Shown piece after piece: positions 19,514 through 28,066 of a stretch of 64,000 bases of DNA; positions within the stretch are counted from its first letter, which is position 1; every line of letters begins with the position of its first letter. The DNA is from Pseudomonadota bacterium (GTDB lineage Bacteria; Pseudomonadota; Gammaproteobacteria; Pseudomonadales; Halomonadaceae), in assembly GCA_051751285.1 (NCBI GenBank), contig JBNJKT010000010.1, forward strand, positions 20,006-84,005, read 5' to 3'. The notes below the pieces were generated by a model that was not told the DNA's origin, did no database searches, and worked only from the letters and a program-made list of their open reading frames with translations. A program made the position numbers and the translations under genes.

Positions 19514-19657
19514 GTCATCAATCCCGCTCGCGACCTGGGACTACGCCTGGCGCATCATCTGCTGCCCGTTGCCGGCAATGGGGATCGAAGTGGGAAATAT
19601 GCCTGGGTGCCCATCGTGGGATTATTGATCGGCGGCGTTGTCGGTGGCCTCTTCTAA
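19514..19657 (+). pseudogene. glpF: glpF remnant (C-terminal ~47 codons of a glycerol facilitator/aquaglyceroporin)
   Basis: The frame reads *VINPARDLGLRLAHHLLPVAGNGDRSGKYAWVPIVGLLIGGVVGGLF*. This is the second NPA(RD) box and last TM helix of GlpF, bounded upstream by TAA, with no GlpF-like sequence further 5'. Confidence 0.65.
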
Positions 19658-19713
19658 CGCTATGTCTTTATCCCGGTACCCCGGATACCTCTGATGCCTC
19701 AGTAAGGGATTGA

Positions 19714-21291
<1,578 letters not shown>

Positions 21292-21407
21292 GACGTTTCG
21301 TCAGCACGTGTTTCCCCGGATCGTCCCGACGAGTATCAGGGGCGGCCTCCAGGCACCTGTCGGTGTCCGCCGGACAGGATCTTAGCCATCTGTGAAGGGA
21401 CCCCTTC

Positions 21408-23087
21408 ATGCAATTGCGCGACAGCAATATCGAGAAACTTTCCCGCGAGACCTTCGATGTCCTGATCATCGGTGGCGGCATCAATGGCGCCTCAGCCGCC
21501 GCCGCCCTGGCTGGCAAAGGCGTCAGGGTCGGCTTGATCGACCGCGGAGATTTCGCCGGCGAGACCAGCATGCACTCCTCCAATCTGGTATGGGGTGGCA
21601 TCAAGTACATGGAGAGCTACGACTTCCCGCTGGTTCGCAAGCTCTGCAAGAGCCGCAACCACCTGATCAAGAGCTTTCCTTCCACGGTCCAGGAGATCCG
21701 TTTCCTGACTACCATCGCCAGGGGCTTTCGCTATCATCCGCGCTATCTCTGGGCCGGCAGCTGGCTCTACTGGCTGATGGGCAATGCCTTCACGCGGATT
21801 CCGCGCTTCCTGAAACCGTCTGCCATCAAGGAGCGGGAGGGGATCATCGATACCCGGGACTCCATAGGCGGCTTCGAGTATTCCGATGCCTATCTGCACG
21901 ACAATGACGCCCGCTTCGTCTTCAATTTCGTGCGCACCGCGCTGAACTATGGGGCCATGGCGGCCAACTATGTCGAGTCCCGGGGCTCACGACGGGAGAA
22001 TGGTGTCTGGGTCACGCGTGCCCGCAACGTCATGAACGACGCCACCTTCGAGATTCGCTCAAGGGTGTTGATCAATGCCGCGGGGCCCTGGGTCGATCAG
22101 CACAATGAATCGACCGGGCAGAAGCCCGGCCACCATCACGTCTACTCCAAGGGCATCCACCTGATCGTGCCACGGCTGACCGACAGCAAGCGCGTGCTGG
22201 CGTTCTTTGCCGACGACGGACGGCTTTTCTTCGTTATCCCCATGGGGCAGCGCACCTGCATCGGTACCACCGACACTCGAGTGGAGATCCCCGAGGTGCA
22301 TGTTACCGACGAGGATACCCAGTTCGTGCTGGACAACATCAACAAGCGCCTGCAACTGGAAAGGCCGCTGGGCAGGGAGGATATCATCGCGACTCGCTGC
22401 GGGGTTCGGCCCCTAGCGGTCAAGGCCAGCGCGGGTGGAGGTCGCGACTTTCTGCAACTCTCGCGCAAGCATGCCATCGATACCGACGATGCCGAGGCGC
22501 ATATCAGCATCTTCGGCGGCAAGCTCACCGACTGCCTGAACGTCGGGGAAGAGATCGTCGGCGAGGTTAAGCGCCTCGGTGTCTCGGTGCCGTATCCGGA
22601 CTATCGCTGGTACGGCGAACCTTCCGAATCGGTCCGGAGGGAGTTTCTCCATCAGGCCGAATTGATGGAGCTTGACGTCATGACCTCGCCGGAGGCTTCC
22701 GAGCCGCTGACGGCGCGTCTGTGGCGGCGCTACGGCACTCACGCCCTCGACATGCTCGAGGAGATACGAGAAGACCCGCGGCAGGGTGAGTTGCTGATCG
22801 AGGGCACCGAATATCTGCGCTGCGAACTTGGCCAGGCACAGCGGCGCGAGATGATTACTCGGCTAGAGGATTTCCTGCGTCGTCGTTCGAAGATCTCCCT
22901 GGTGGTCAGCAATGCAAGGATCCGTCAGTCCCCGGGGCTCATGGAGGCCTGCGAGATCCTCTTCGGCGACCAGGCCAGGGAGCGTTTCGACGAGTACTTC
23001 GCCGAAACACCGGAATGGACCCCCGAGAAGCTCAGTCCCGAAGCCGAGGCCGACAATCCGGCGCACTCCGAGTCTCTGAACTGGTAG
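21408..23087 (+). CDS. FAD-dependent glycerol-3-phosphate dehydrogenase/oxidase-like protein (long GlpD paralog 1)
   Basis: FDVLIIGGGINGASAAAALAGKG FAD fold, 559 aa, immediately downstream of glpK. Close paralog of 38602-40212. Confidence 0.85.
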   Translation: MQLRDSNIEKLSRETFDVLIIGGGINGASAAAALAGKGVRVGLIDRGDFAGETSMHSSNLVWGGIKYMESYDFPLVRKLCKSRNHLIKSFPSTVQEIRFLTTIARGFRYHPRYLWAGSWLYWLMGNAFTRIPRFLKPSAIKEREGIIDTRDSIGGFEYSDAYLHDNDARFVFNFVRTALNYGAMAANYVESRGSRRENGVWVTRARNVMNDATFEIRSRVLINAAGPWVDQHNESTGQKPGHHHVYSKGIHLIVPRLTDSKRVLAFFADDGRLFFVIPMGQRTCIGTTDTRVEIPEVHVTDEDTQFVLDNINKRLQLERPLGREDIIATRCGVRPLAVKASAGGGRDFLQLSRKHAIDTDDAEAHISIFGGKLTDCLNVGEEIVGEVKRLGVSVPYPDYRWYGEPSESVRREFLHQAELMELDVMTSPEASEPLTARLWRRYGTHALDMLEEIREDPRQGELLIEGTEYLRCELGQAQRREMITRLEDFLRRRSKISLVVSNARIRQSPGLMEACEILFGDQARERFDEYFAETPEWTPEKLSPEAEADNPAHSESLNW

Positions 23088-23221
23088 CACAGGGGCTTTT
23101 TCCCCTGCCTGGGATCCTGTCGATACGATGGGGACTCGCAGCGGTCCGGCGCCTTGGTCATCAGAGCCAATTCACTGATCCCGCGGTGTTGCAGGATGCT
23201 GGTTGGGCGTCGTTTATTGAC

Positions 23222-23249
23222 TTGCATTTCCGGAGCGGATGGGTAGAAT
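23222..23249 (+). promoter_or_regulatory. putative sigma70 promoter for the tRNA-Val pair
   Basis: TTGCAT - 16 nt - TAGAAT, about 45 nt upstream of the first tRNA. An overlapping TTGACT sits at 23217. Confidence 0.35.
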
Positions 23250-23292
23250 ACGCATCCGTTGTCACGGCCAAGTTCGGCTGTCGCGGTGAAGC

Positions 23293-23369
23293 AGGACCAT
23301 AGCTCAGTTGGTTAGAGCGCCACGTTGACATCGTGGAGGTCGGCGGTTCAAATCCGCCTGGTCCTACCA
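23293..23369 (+). tRNA. tRNA-Val (anticodon GAC)
   Basis: Manual cloverleaf: AGGACCA/TGGTCCT acceptor, GCTC/GAGC D stem, CCACG/CGTGG anticodon stem with loop TTGACAT, GGCGG/CCGCC T stem with TTCAAAT, and encoded CCA. Confidence 0.93.
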
Positions 23370-23393
23370 GACCCGCCCGACGACGACAGCTTC

Positions 23394-23470
23394 AGGACCA
23401 TAGCTCAGTTGGTTAGAGCGCCACGTTGACATCGTGGAGGTCGGCGGTTCAAATCCGCCTGGTCCTACCA
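23394..23470 (+). tRNA. tRNA-Val (anticodon GAC), identical second copy
   Basis: Identical 77-nt sequence, 24 nt after the first copy. Confidence 0.93.
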
Positions 23471-23478
23471 GATACCGA

Positions 23479-23517
23479 AACGCCCCCGCTGCCATGCCTG
23501 GCCGCGGGGGCGTTTTT
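23479..23517. terminator. rho-independent terminator (possibly bidirectional)
   Basis: AACGCCCCCGC - N14 - GCGGGGGCGTT followed by TTT. It lies between the tRNA pair (+) and the convergent GAF gene (-). Confidence 0.8.
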
Positions 23518-23524
23518 CATTGGA

Positions 23525-23983
23525 TTATTGAATGTCGGTCTGCTCGACGAACACCGCGACCAGCCGCTCGATGCCTGACTGGTCGGCCTCGCTGAAGCGC
23601 TCCTTCATTGGGCTGTCCAGGTCCAGGATCCCCCACAGCCGGTCATTGGCCACGATGGGCACCACCAGCTCGGCTTGGGAGTCCGCATCACAGGCGATAT
23701 GGTCCGCCACGGCATGCACATCCGCCACTCGCTGGGTCTCGCGCGTGCGGGCAGCGGCGCCACAGACGCCCTTCGAGAAGGGGATGGGGTGGCAGGCCGG
23801 CTTGCCCTGGAAGGGTCCCAGCGAGAGCATCTCCGGCTGGCGCTGAAGGTAGAAGCCGACCCAGTTGAGGTCGGAGAGCTCCTGCATCAGGAAAGCGCAG
23901 GTCTGGGCACTGTTGGTCAGCCAGTCGCGGGTATCGAGCAGGGCCTCGAGCTGGCGGGCCAGCAGGGAGTAGTCGGATGTCAT
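23525..23983 (-). CDS. msrC: GAF-domain protein, free methionine-(R)-sulfoxide reductase type (YebR/MsrC-like)
   Basis: MTSDYSLLARQLEALL.., NWVGFYL, ACHPIPFSKGVCGAAA, and DHIACDADSQAELVVPI. Confidence 0.8.
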   Translation of the reverse strand: MTSDYSLLARQLEALLDTRDWLTNSAQTCAFLMQELSDLNWVGFYLQRQPEMLSLGPFQGKPACHPIPFSKGVCGAAARTRETQRVADVHAVADHIACDADSQAELVVPIVANDRLWGILDLDSPMKERFSEADQSGIERLVAVFVEQTDIQ

Positions 23984-24058
23984 AGCGGCTCCTTTAACGA
24001 AAGGGGCCGGCACAGCAGCCGGCCCCCAAACTCATCAAACCCGGGTAGGGCAGTTCAC

Positions 24059-24853
24059 TCACTTCCAGCCGGGAACCGCCTGCGGGCCAAACAGTTCTGC
24101 TGCCTTGGCCTCGACCTCCTCGGTCTGGTAGGCCTCGACCAGCTGCTGGATGGCCTTGCGATCCTCGTCACCGCCGCGCACCACGATCAGGTTGACGTAG
24201 GGAGACTCCGGCCCCTCCTTGATCAGGGCGTCGTCCAGGCTCAGTCCGGCCGGCTGGGCGAAGGTGTTGTTGATGAAGGCCATGTCAACGTCGGGCAGCA
24301 CGCGGGGCAGCTGGGCGGCCTCGATCTCGCGGAAGTCGAAGTCGCGGGGGTTCTCGGCGATATCCAGCGGCGTGGCTTCCAGGAACTCCGGATCCTCTAG
24401 CTCGATCAGCCCTTCGTTGTGCATCAGGATCAGGGAGCGTCCCTCGTTGGAGGGGTCGTTGGGCAGGGCGATGGTGGCCCCGTCCGGGAGCTCCTCGATG
24501 CTGTCGTACTTCTCCGAGTAGGCGCCGATCGGGTAGACGAAGGTGTAGCCGGCGATGGCGAAGTCGTAGCCGCGGTCCTCGACCATGGAGCGCATGTAGG
24601 GCTCGTGCTGGTAGGCGTTGGCATCGAGGCTGCCGTCGGCCAGGGCGGCGTTGGGTGTCACGTAGTCGGTGAATTCGATGATCTCGACCTCGAGACCATA
24701 CTCGCGCTCGGCAATCTCGGCGGCGACCTGCATGACGTCCGTCTCGGGGCCGGCCACGGTGCCGACCTTGATGGTGTGCTCGTCGGCCAGGGCGTTTCCG
24801 GCGCCGAGGGTCAGGGCGGAGGCCGCCAGGGTGCCGATCAGGCTCTTGCGCAT
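24059..24853 (-). CDS. metQ: methionine ABC transporter substrate-binding protein (NlpA/MetQ family)
   Basis: Signal peptide, MetQ-like core, downstream of metN-metI. Confidence 0.88.
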   Translation of the reverse strand: MRKSLIGTLAASALTLGAGNALADEHTIKVGTVAGPETDVMQVAAEIAEREYGLEVEIIEFTDYVTPNAALADGSLDANAYQHEPYMRSMVEDRGYDFAIAGYTFVYPIGAYSEKYDSIEELPDGATIALPNDPSNEGRSLILMHNEGLIELEDPEFLEATPLDIAENPRDFDFREIEAAQLPRVLPDVDMAFINNTFAQPAGLSLDDALIKEGPESPYVNLIVVRGGDEDRKAIQQLVEAYQTEEVEAKAAELFGPQAVPGWK

Positions 24854-24951
24854 ATCGTGGTTCTCCTTTCGTACTATTTTTACATGAAAAGCATAATAGA
24901 TTAATTTTTAATAGCTAAATACTATATTTCATTTCTATATTTGGGAAGGCG

Positions 24952-25076
24952 CTGATTTACGTCGCGAGCGAAGAGAGGCTGGCCGCCGGCGGTGCTCGCT
25001 CTCCTCATGTAGCAGGCTACACTCCGGGAGCTGTGCTCCGGCGGCGGCCAGGATATCGAGCGCAGCAGTAAATCAG
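24952..25076. repeat. long imperfect inverted repeat (REP/MITE-like) between metI and metQ
   Basis: CTGATTTAC..CTGGCCGCCGGCGG ... CCGGCGGCGGCCAG..GTAAATCAG. The arms are about 40-45 nt around a roughly 45-nt centre. Confidence 0.4.
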
Positions 25077-25085
25077 TGTCTTCAC

Positions 25086-25739
25086 TCACTTGTGATCGCT
25101 CTTGCGCACCAGATAATCCCCCAGACTCTGGAAGCCCTGGACCATCACCACCAGGATCACCACGGTGATCAGCATGATGGTGGGATTAAAGCGGTTGTAG
25201 CCGTAGCGGATGCCCAGGTCGCCCAGGCCGCCGCCGCCCACGGCGCCGGCCATGGCCGAGTAGCTGACGAGGGTGACGGCCGTCACAGTGAGCGCCGTGA
25301 AGATGCCGCCGCGCGCCTCGGGGACCAGCACCTTGGTGATGATCTGCCAAGGCGTGGCGCCCATGGACTGGGCGGCCTCGACCAGGCCCGGGGGGATCTC
25401 GTTGAGGGCGCCCTCGACAAGGCGCGCCACGAAGGGGATGGCGGCGATGGTCAGGGGAACGGCGGCGGCATTGGTGCCGATCGACGAACCGACCAGCATC
25501 CGCGTGAAGGGGATGATCGCCACCATCAGGATGATGAAGGGGATCGAGCGGCCGATGTTGGTGACCGCCCCCAGCACCCGGTTGAGCGTCGGCTCGGCGA
25601 GTATCTGTCGTGGCCGAGTGACGTAGAGCAGCACACCCAGCGGGATACCCACCAGGGCCGAGATCACTCCCGATACGCCTACCATGTAGAGCGTGTCCAG
25701 GGTGGCCTTGAGGATCAGATCAATCATCGCGCTGGACAT
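25086..25739 (-). CDS. metI: methionine ABC transporter permease
   Basis: MetI-like 5-TM permease. The start at MSSAMIDLIL overlaps the metN stop. Confidence 0.88.
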   Translation of the reverse strand: MSSAMIDLILKATLDTLYMVGVSGVISALVGIPLGVLLYVTRPRQILAEPTLNRVLGAVTNIGRSIPFIILMVAIIPFTRMLVGSSIGTNAAAVPLTIAAIPFVARLVEGALNEIPPGLVEAAQSMGATPWQIITKVLVPEARGGIFTALTVTAVTLVSYSAMAGAVGGGGLGDLGIRYGYNRFNPTIMLITVVILVVMVQGFQSLGDYLVRKSDHK

Positions 25740-26778
25740 GGCCGAGCACCTCCACCTGCAGGTCGTGGGATTCGAGATAGTCAAGGGCCTCGCGGGTCTT
25801 CTCTGCGGGGCCCATCAGTTCGGCGATCATCAGCCCCAGGGTGCGCTCCTGGATCGACTCCACCTTGGCCTGGAGGATGCTGACGTCCACGCTGCACTCC
25901 CTCGCCAGCCGCGAGATCAGCGGGGTCGAGACGGCATCGCCCGAGAAGGCCAGGCGAACCACCGGGTGGCTGTGTGGCCCGGGTGTCTCCTCGAGACGCT
26001 CGATCAGGGCGCGGGGCGGGTCGAGTTCCAGAAAGTCGTTGAGGAAGTCGCGCCCCAGTCGGGTATTCGGCGCGGTAAAGAAGTCGCCGACGTCGGCTTC
26101 CTCGACCAGTTCGCCATCGGAGATCAGGCTGACCCGGTGGCAGATCGACTTCACCACCTCCATCTCATGGGTGATCAGCAGGATGGTCAGGCCGAGCTTG
26201 GAGTTGATGTCGCGCAGCAGGTCCAGGATCGACCCGGTGGTATGGGGGTCAAGGGCCGAGGTGGCCTCGTCGCAGAGCAGCACCTTGGGCCGGCTGGCCA
26301 ATGCCCGGGCGATGGCCACCCGCTGCTTCTGGCCGCCCGAGAGCTGTGCCGGGTACTGCTTCGCCTTGTCGGCCAGGCCCACCAGTTCCAGCAGGGGGGT
26401 GACCCGCTCGCGGATCTCGCCGCGCTTCATTCCCATCAATTCCAGCGGCAGGGCCACGTTGGCAAACACCGTGCGCGAGGTCAGCAGGTTGAAGTGCTGG
26501 AAGATCATGCCGATGCGGTGGCGCGCCTGGTTGAGGGCCGCCCCGGAGAGGGCCGTCAGCTCCTGGCCGTCAACGGTGACGCTGCCTGTGGTGGGGCGTT
26601 CGAGCAGGTTGACGCAGCGGATCAGGGTGGACTTGCCGGCCCCGGAGAGGCCGATCACGCCATGGATCCGGCCCTGGGGGACGTGGAGGTCGGCATGCTT
26701 GAGCGCCGTCACGGCCGGCGTGCCGCTGCGCCGCCCCTTGGGGTAGTAGGTCTTGGAAACGTCGTGGAGTCGAATCAT
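25720..26778 (-). CDS. metN: methionine ABC transporter ATP-binding protein
   Basis: MIRLHDVSKTYY.., Walker A GLSGAGKST, LSGGQKQRVAIARAL, and a C-terminal NIL/ACT-like domain. The ATG at 26778 is preferred over the listed longer ORF. Confidence 0.9.
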   Translation of the reverse strand: MIRLHDVSKTYYPKGRRSGTPAVTALKHADLHVPQGRIHGVIGLSGAGKSTLIRCVNLLERPTTGSVTVDGQELTALSGAALNQARHRIGMIFQHFNLLTSRTVFANVALPLELMGMKRGEIRERVTPLLELVGLADKAKQYPAQLSGGQKQRVAIARALASRPKVLLCDEATSALDPHTTGSILDLLRDINSKLGLTILLITHEMEVVKSICHRVSLISDGELVEEADVGDFFTAPNTRLGRDFLNDFLELDPPRALIERLEETPGPHSHPVVRLAFSGDAVSTPLISRLARECSVDVSILQAKVESIQERTLGLMIAELMGPAEKTREALDYLESHDLQVEVLGHVQRDD

Positions 26779-26836
26779 TACAGCCGCCGGTGGGGCGCCG
26801 GTCGAGCGTGGGGCGGGCGGGGCAGCGGGCAGGCAC

Positions 26837-26861
26837 GAAAAAAGCCACCCTGGCGGGTGGC
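26837..26861 (-). terminator. intrinsic terminator inside the metNIQ leader
   Basis: Minus strand GCCACCC-GCCA-GGGTGGC followed by TTTTTTCG, about 60 nt upstream of the metN ATG. Confidence 0.7.
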
Positions 26862-26975
26862 CATCAACGCTGGACACACCCTTTTAGCTGCACTTCACGC
26901 CGTGGGCTGTCTCGGGGACGGTCCGCGACGTCGGCGCCCGCAATCCGGGGGTCAAATCGGCGCCTTCAAAATGTA
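26862..26975 (-). promoter_or_regulatory. structured metNIQ leader, possible SAM-II/SAM-V-like riboswitch aptamer
   Basis: Minus strand GGCGCC-GAUUUGACCCCCGGAUUGCG-GGCGCC hairpin, then a downstream ..GCAGCUAAAAGGG tail, then the terminator. Assignment to a riboswitch class is tentative. Confidence 0.35.
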
Positions 26976-26982
26976 GCCGAAT

Positions 26983-27011
26983 ATTCTAGGTTTCGAACGA
27001 GCGTATGTCAA
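26983..27011 (-). promoter_or_regulatory. sigma70 promoter of metNIQ
   Basis: Minus strand TTGACA - 17 nt - TAGAAT, a consensus -35 with a near-consensus -10. Confidence 0.65.
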
Positions 27012-27234
27012 TGAGAATGGGAGATGATGCGGTTATGAAAGCTTCACTCTGGTGGAATTTCCTGCGTGGAAGGGCATGACTGGAAGATATCGATGGTAAT
27101 GGCGCTCAGTGTGCCCCCTTCCCCCATATCACTCGACCCTCGCTCTTCCCCGTCGTGGACGTTGTCCCTGGGGTTTCCTAGACTGGCGATCTTTCTCTCG
27201 GCCCATTCGCGGCCGGCCAGCACGAGGAGCGTTC

Positions 27235-27864
27235 ATGTTCACTGGCATCGTACAGGGCACCGCCGAGGTGGTGGCCATCCATGAGGCCCAGGCCTTTCGT
27301 ACCCATGTGCTGGCGCTGCCGGCAGAGCTGCGCGAGGGCCTGTCGCTGGGTGCCTCGGTGGCCCACAACGGAGTCTGCCTCACGGTCACCGCCATCGAGG
27401 GCGAGAGGGTCAGCTTCGATCTGATGCGCGAGACCCTGCGGGTGACCAATCTCGGTGCAGTCAAGGAGGGAGATCGCGTCAATATCGAGCGCGCGGCGCG
27501 ATTCGGGGACGAGATCGGCGGTCATGCCATGTCCGGTCACGTGATGGCGTTAGCCGAACTGGTCGAACTCGACGAAGCCCCCAACAACCGACGCCTCTGG
27601 TTCGAGGTGCCTCACGCCTTGGGCCGCTTCCTGTTCGACAAGTGCTACATCGGAGTGGATGGCATCAGCCTGACCATTGGAGAGGTGCAAGCGGCCACCG
27701 CGGACCAGGGGCCGCGGTTCTGTGTTGACCTGATTCCCGAGACACTGGCCCGCACCATCCTGGTCGACCGGGTCCCGGGGGATGGTGTCAATATCGAGAT
27801 CGACCCCCAGACCCAGGCCATTGTCGAGACGGTGGAGCGAGTGCTTCAAGCGCGAGGCGCCTGA
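27235..27864 (+). CDS. ribE: riboflavin synthase (alpha subunit)
   Basis: MFTGIVQGTAEVVAI.. and an internal repeat with GGH..SGHV; 209 aa. Confidence 0.9.
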   Translation: MFTGIVQGTAEVVAIHEAQAFRTHVLALPAELREGLSLGASVAHNGVCLTVTAIEGERVSFDLMRETLRVTNLGAVKEGDRVNIERAARFGDEIGGHAMSGHVMALAELVELDEAPNNRRLWFEVPHALGRFLFDKCYIGVDGISLTIGEVQAATADQGPRFCVDLIPETLARTILVDRVPGDGVNIEIDPQTQAIVETVERVLQARGA

Positions 27865-27894
27865 TGCGCCATGGAAAACTTGACCGTTCCGTCA

Positions 27895-28030
27895 AGTCTT
27901 CGTTGGTCGGCCGGGTGGCGTATGGCCCGCAAGTTGCTTAACTAGGTGGAGCCGTGCTGCCTATGAGCCCCTGGGCGCCTCGCAACATCACGAGGCATTG
28001 GGTACCATAGGCGGCTTTTCTCGCACCCCG
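27895..28030 (+). promoter_or_regulatory. structured leader of the purine permease-apt-gpt operon with partial purine-riboswitch-like core
   Basis: CGGGUGGCGUAUGGCCCGCAAGUU .. GGAGCCGUGCUGCCUAUGAG resembles the P2/L2 and P3/J3-1 elements of RF00167. An alternative 9-bp hairpin pairs CUGCCUAUG with CAUAGGCGG, followed by CUUUUCUCG. No P1 or canonical J1/2 and J2/3 were found. Confidence 0.3.
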
Positions 28031-28066
28031 GACGCCACGACGTCACTGCGCGCAGGAACAATAACC

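Noticed and set aside
19266-19713. ORFs of 120 and 122 aa in the glpK upstream region
   Set aside because: They have no SD, no family resemblance and Cys/Arg-rich translations. One overlaps the glpF remnant in a different frame.
26779-26975. SAM-I (S-box) riboswitch or MetJ boxes upstream of metN
   Set aside because: There are no S-box conserved blocks (GAGGGA..GCCC, GCAACC, kink-turn) and no AGACGTCT-type MetJ repeats. Only the SAM-II-like idea is retained, as a tentative finding.
25693-26976. 427-aa plus-strand ORF opposite metN
   Set aside because: It is antisense to metN and also covers the metN leader and terminator.
27012-27234. FMN (RFN) riboswitch upstream of ribE
   Set aside because: Only a vague GGUGGAAUUUCC resemblance is present. 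The conserved CCGACGGU and AGUCCGGAUG elements and the multi-stem architecture are absent.
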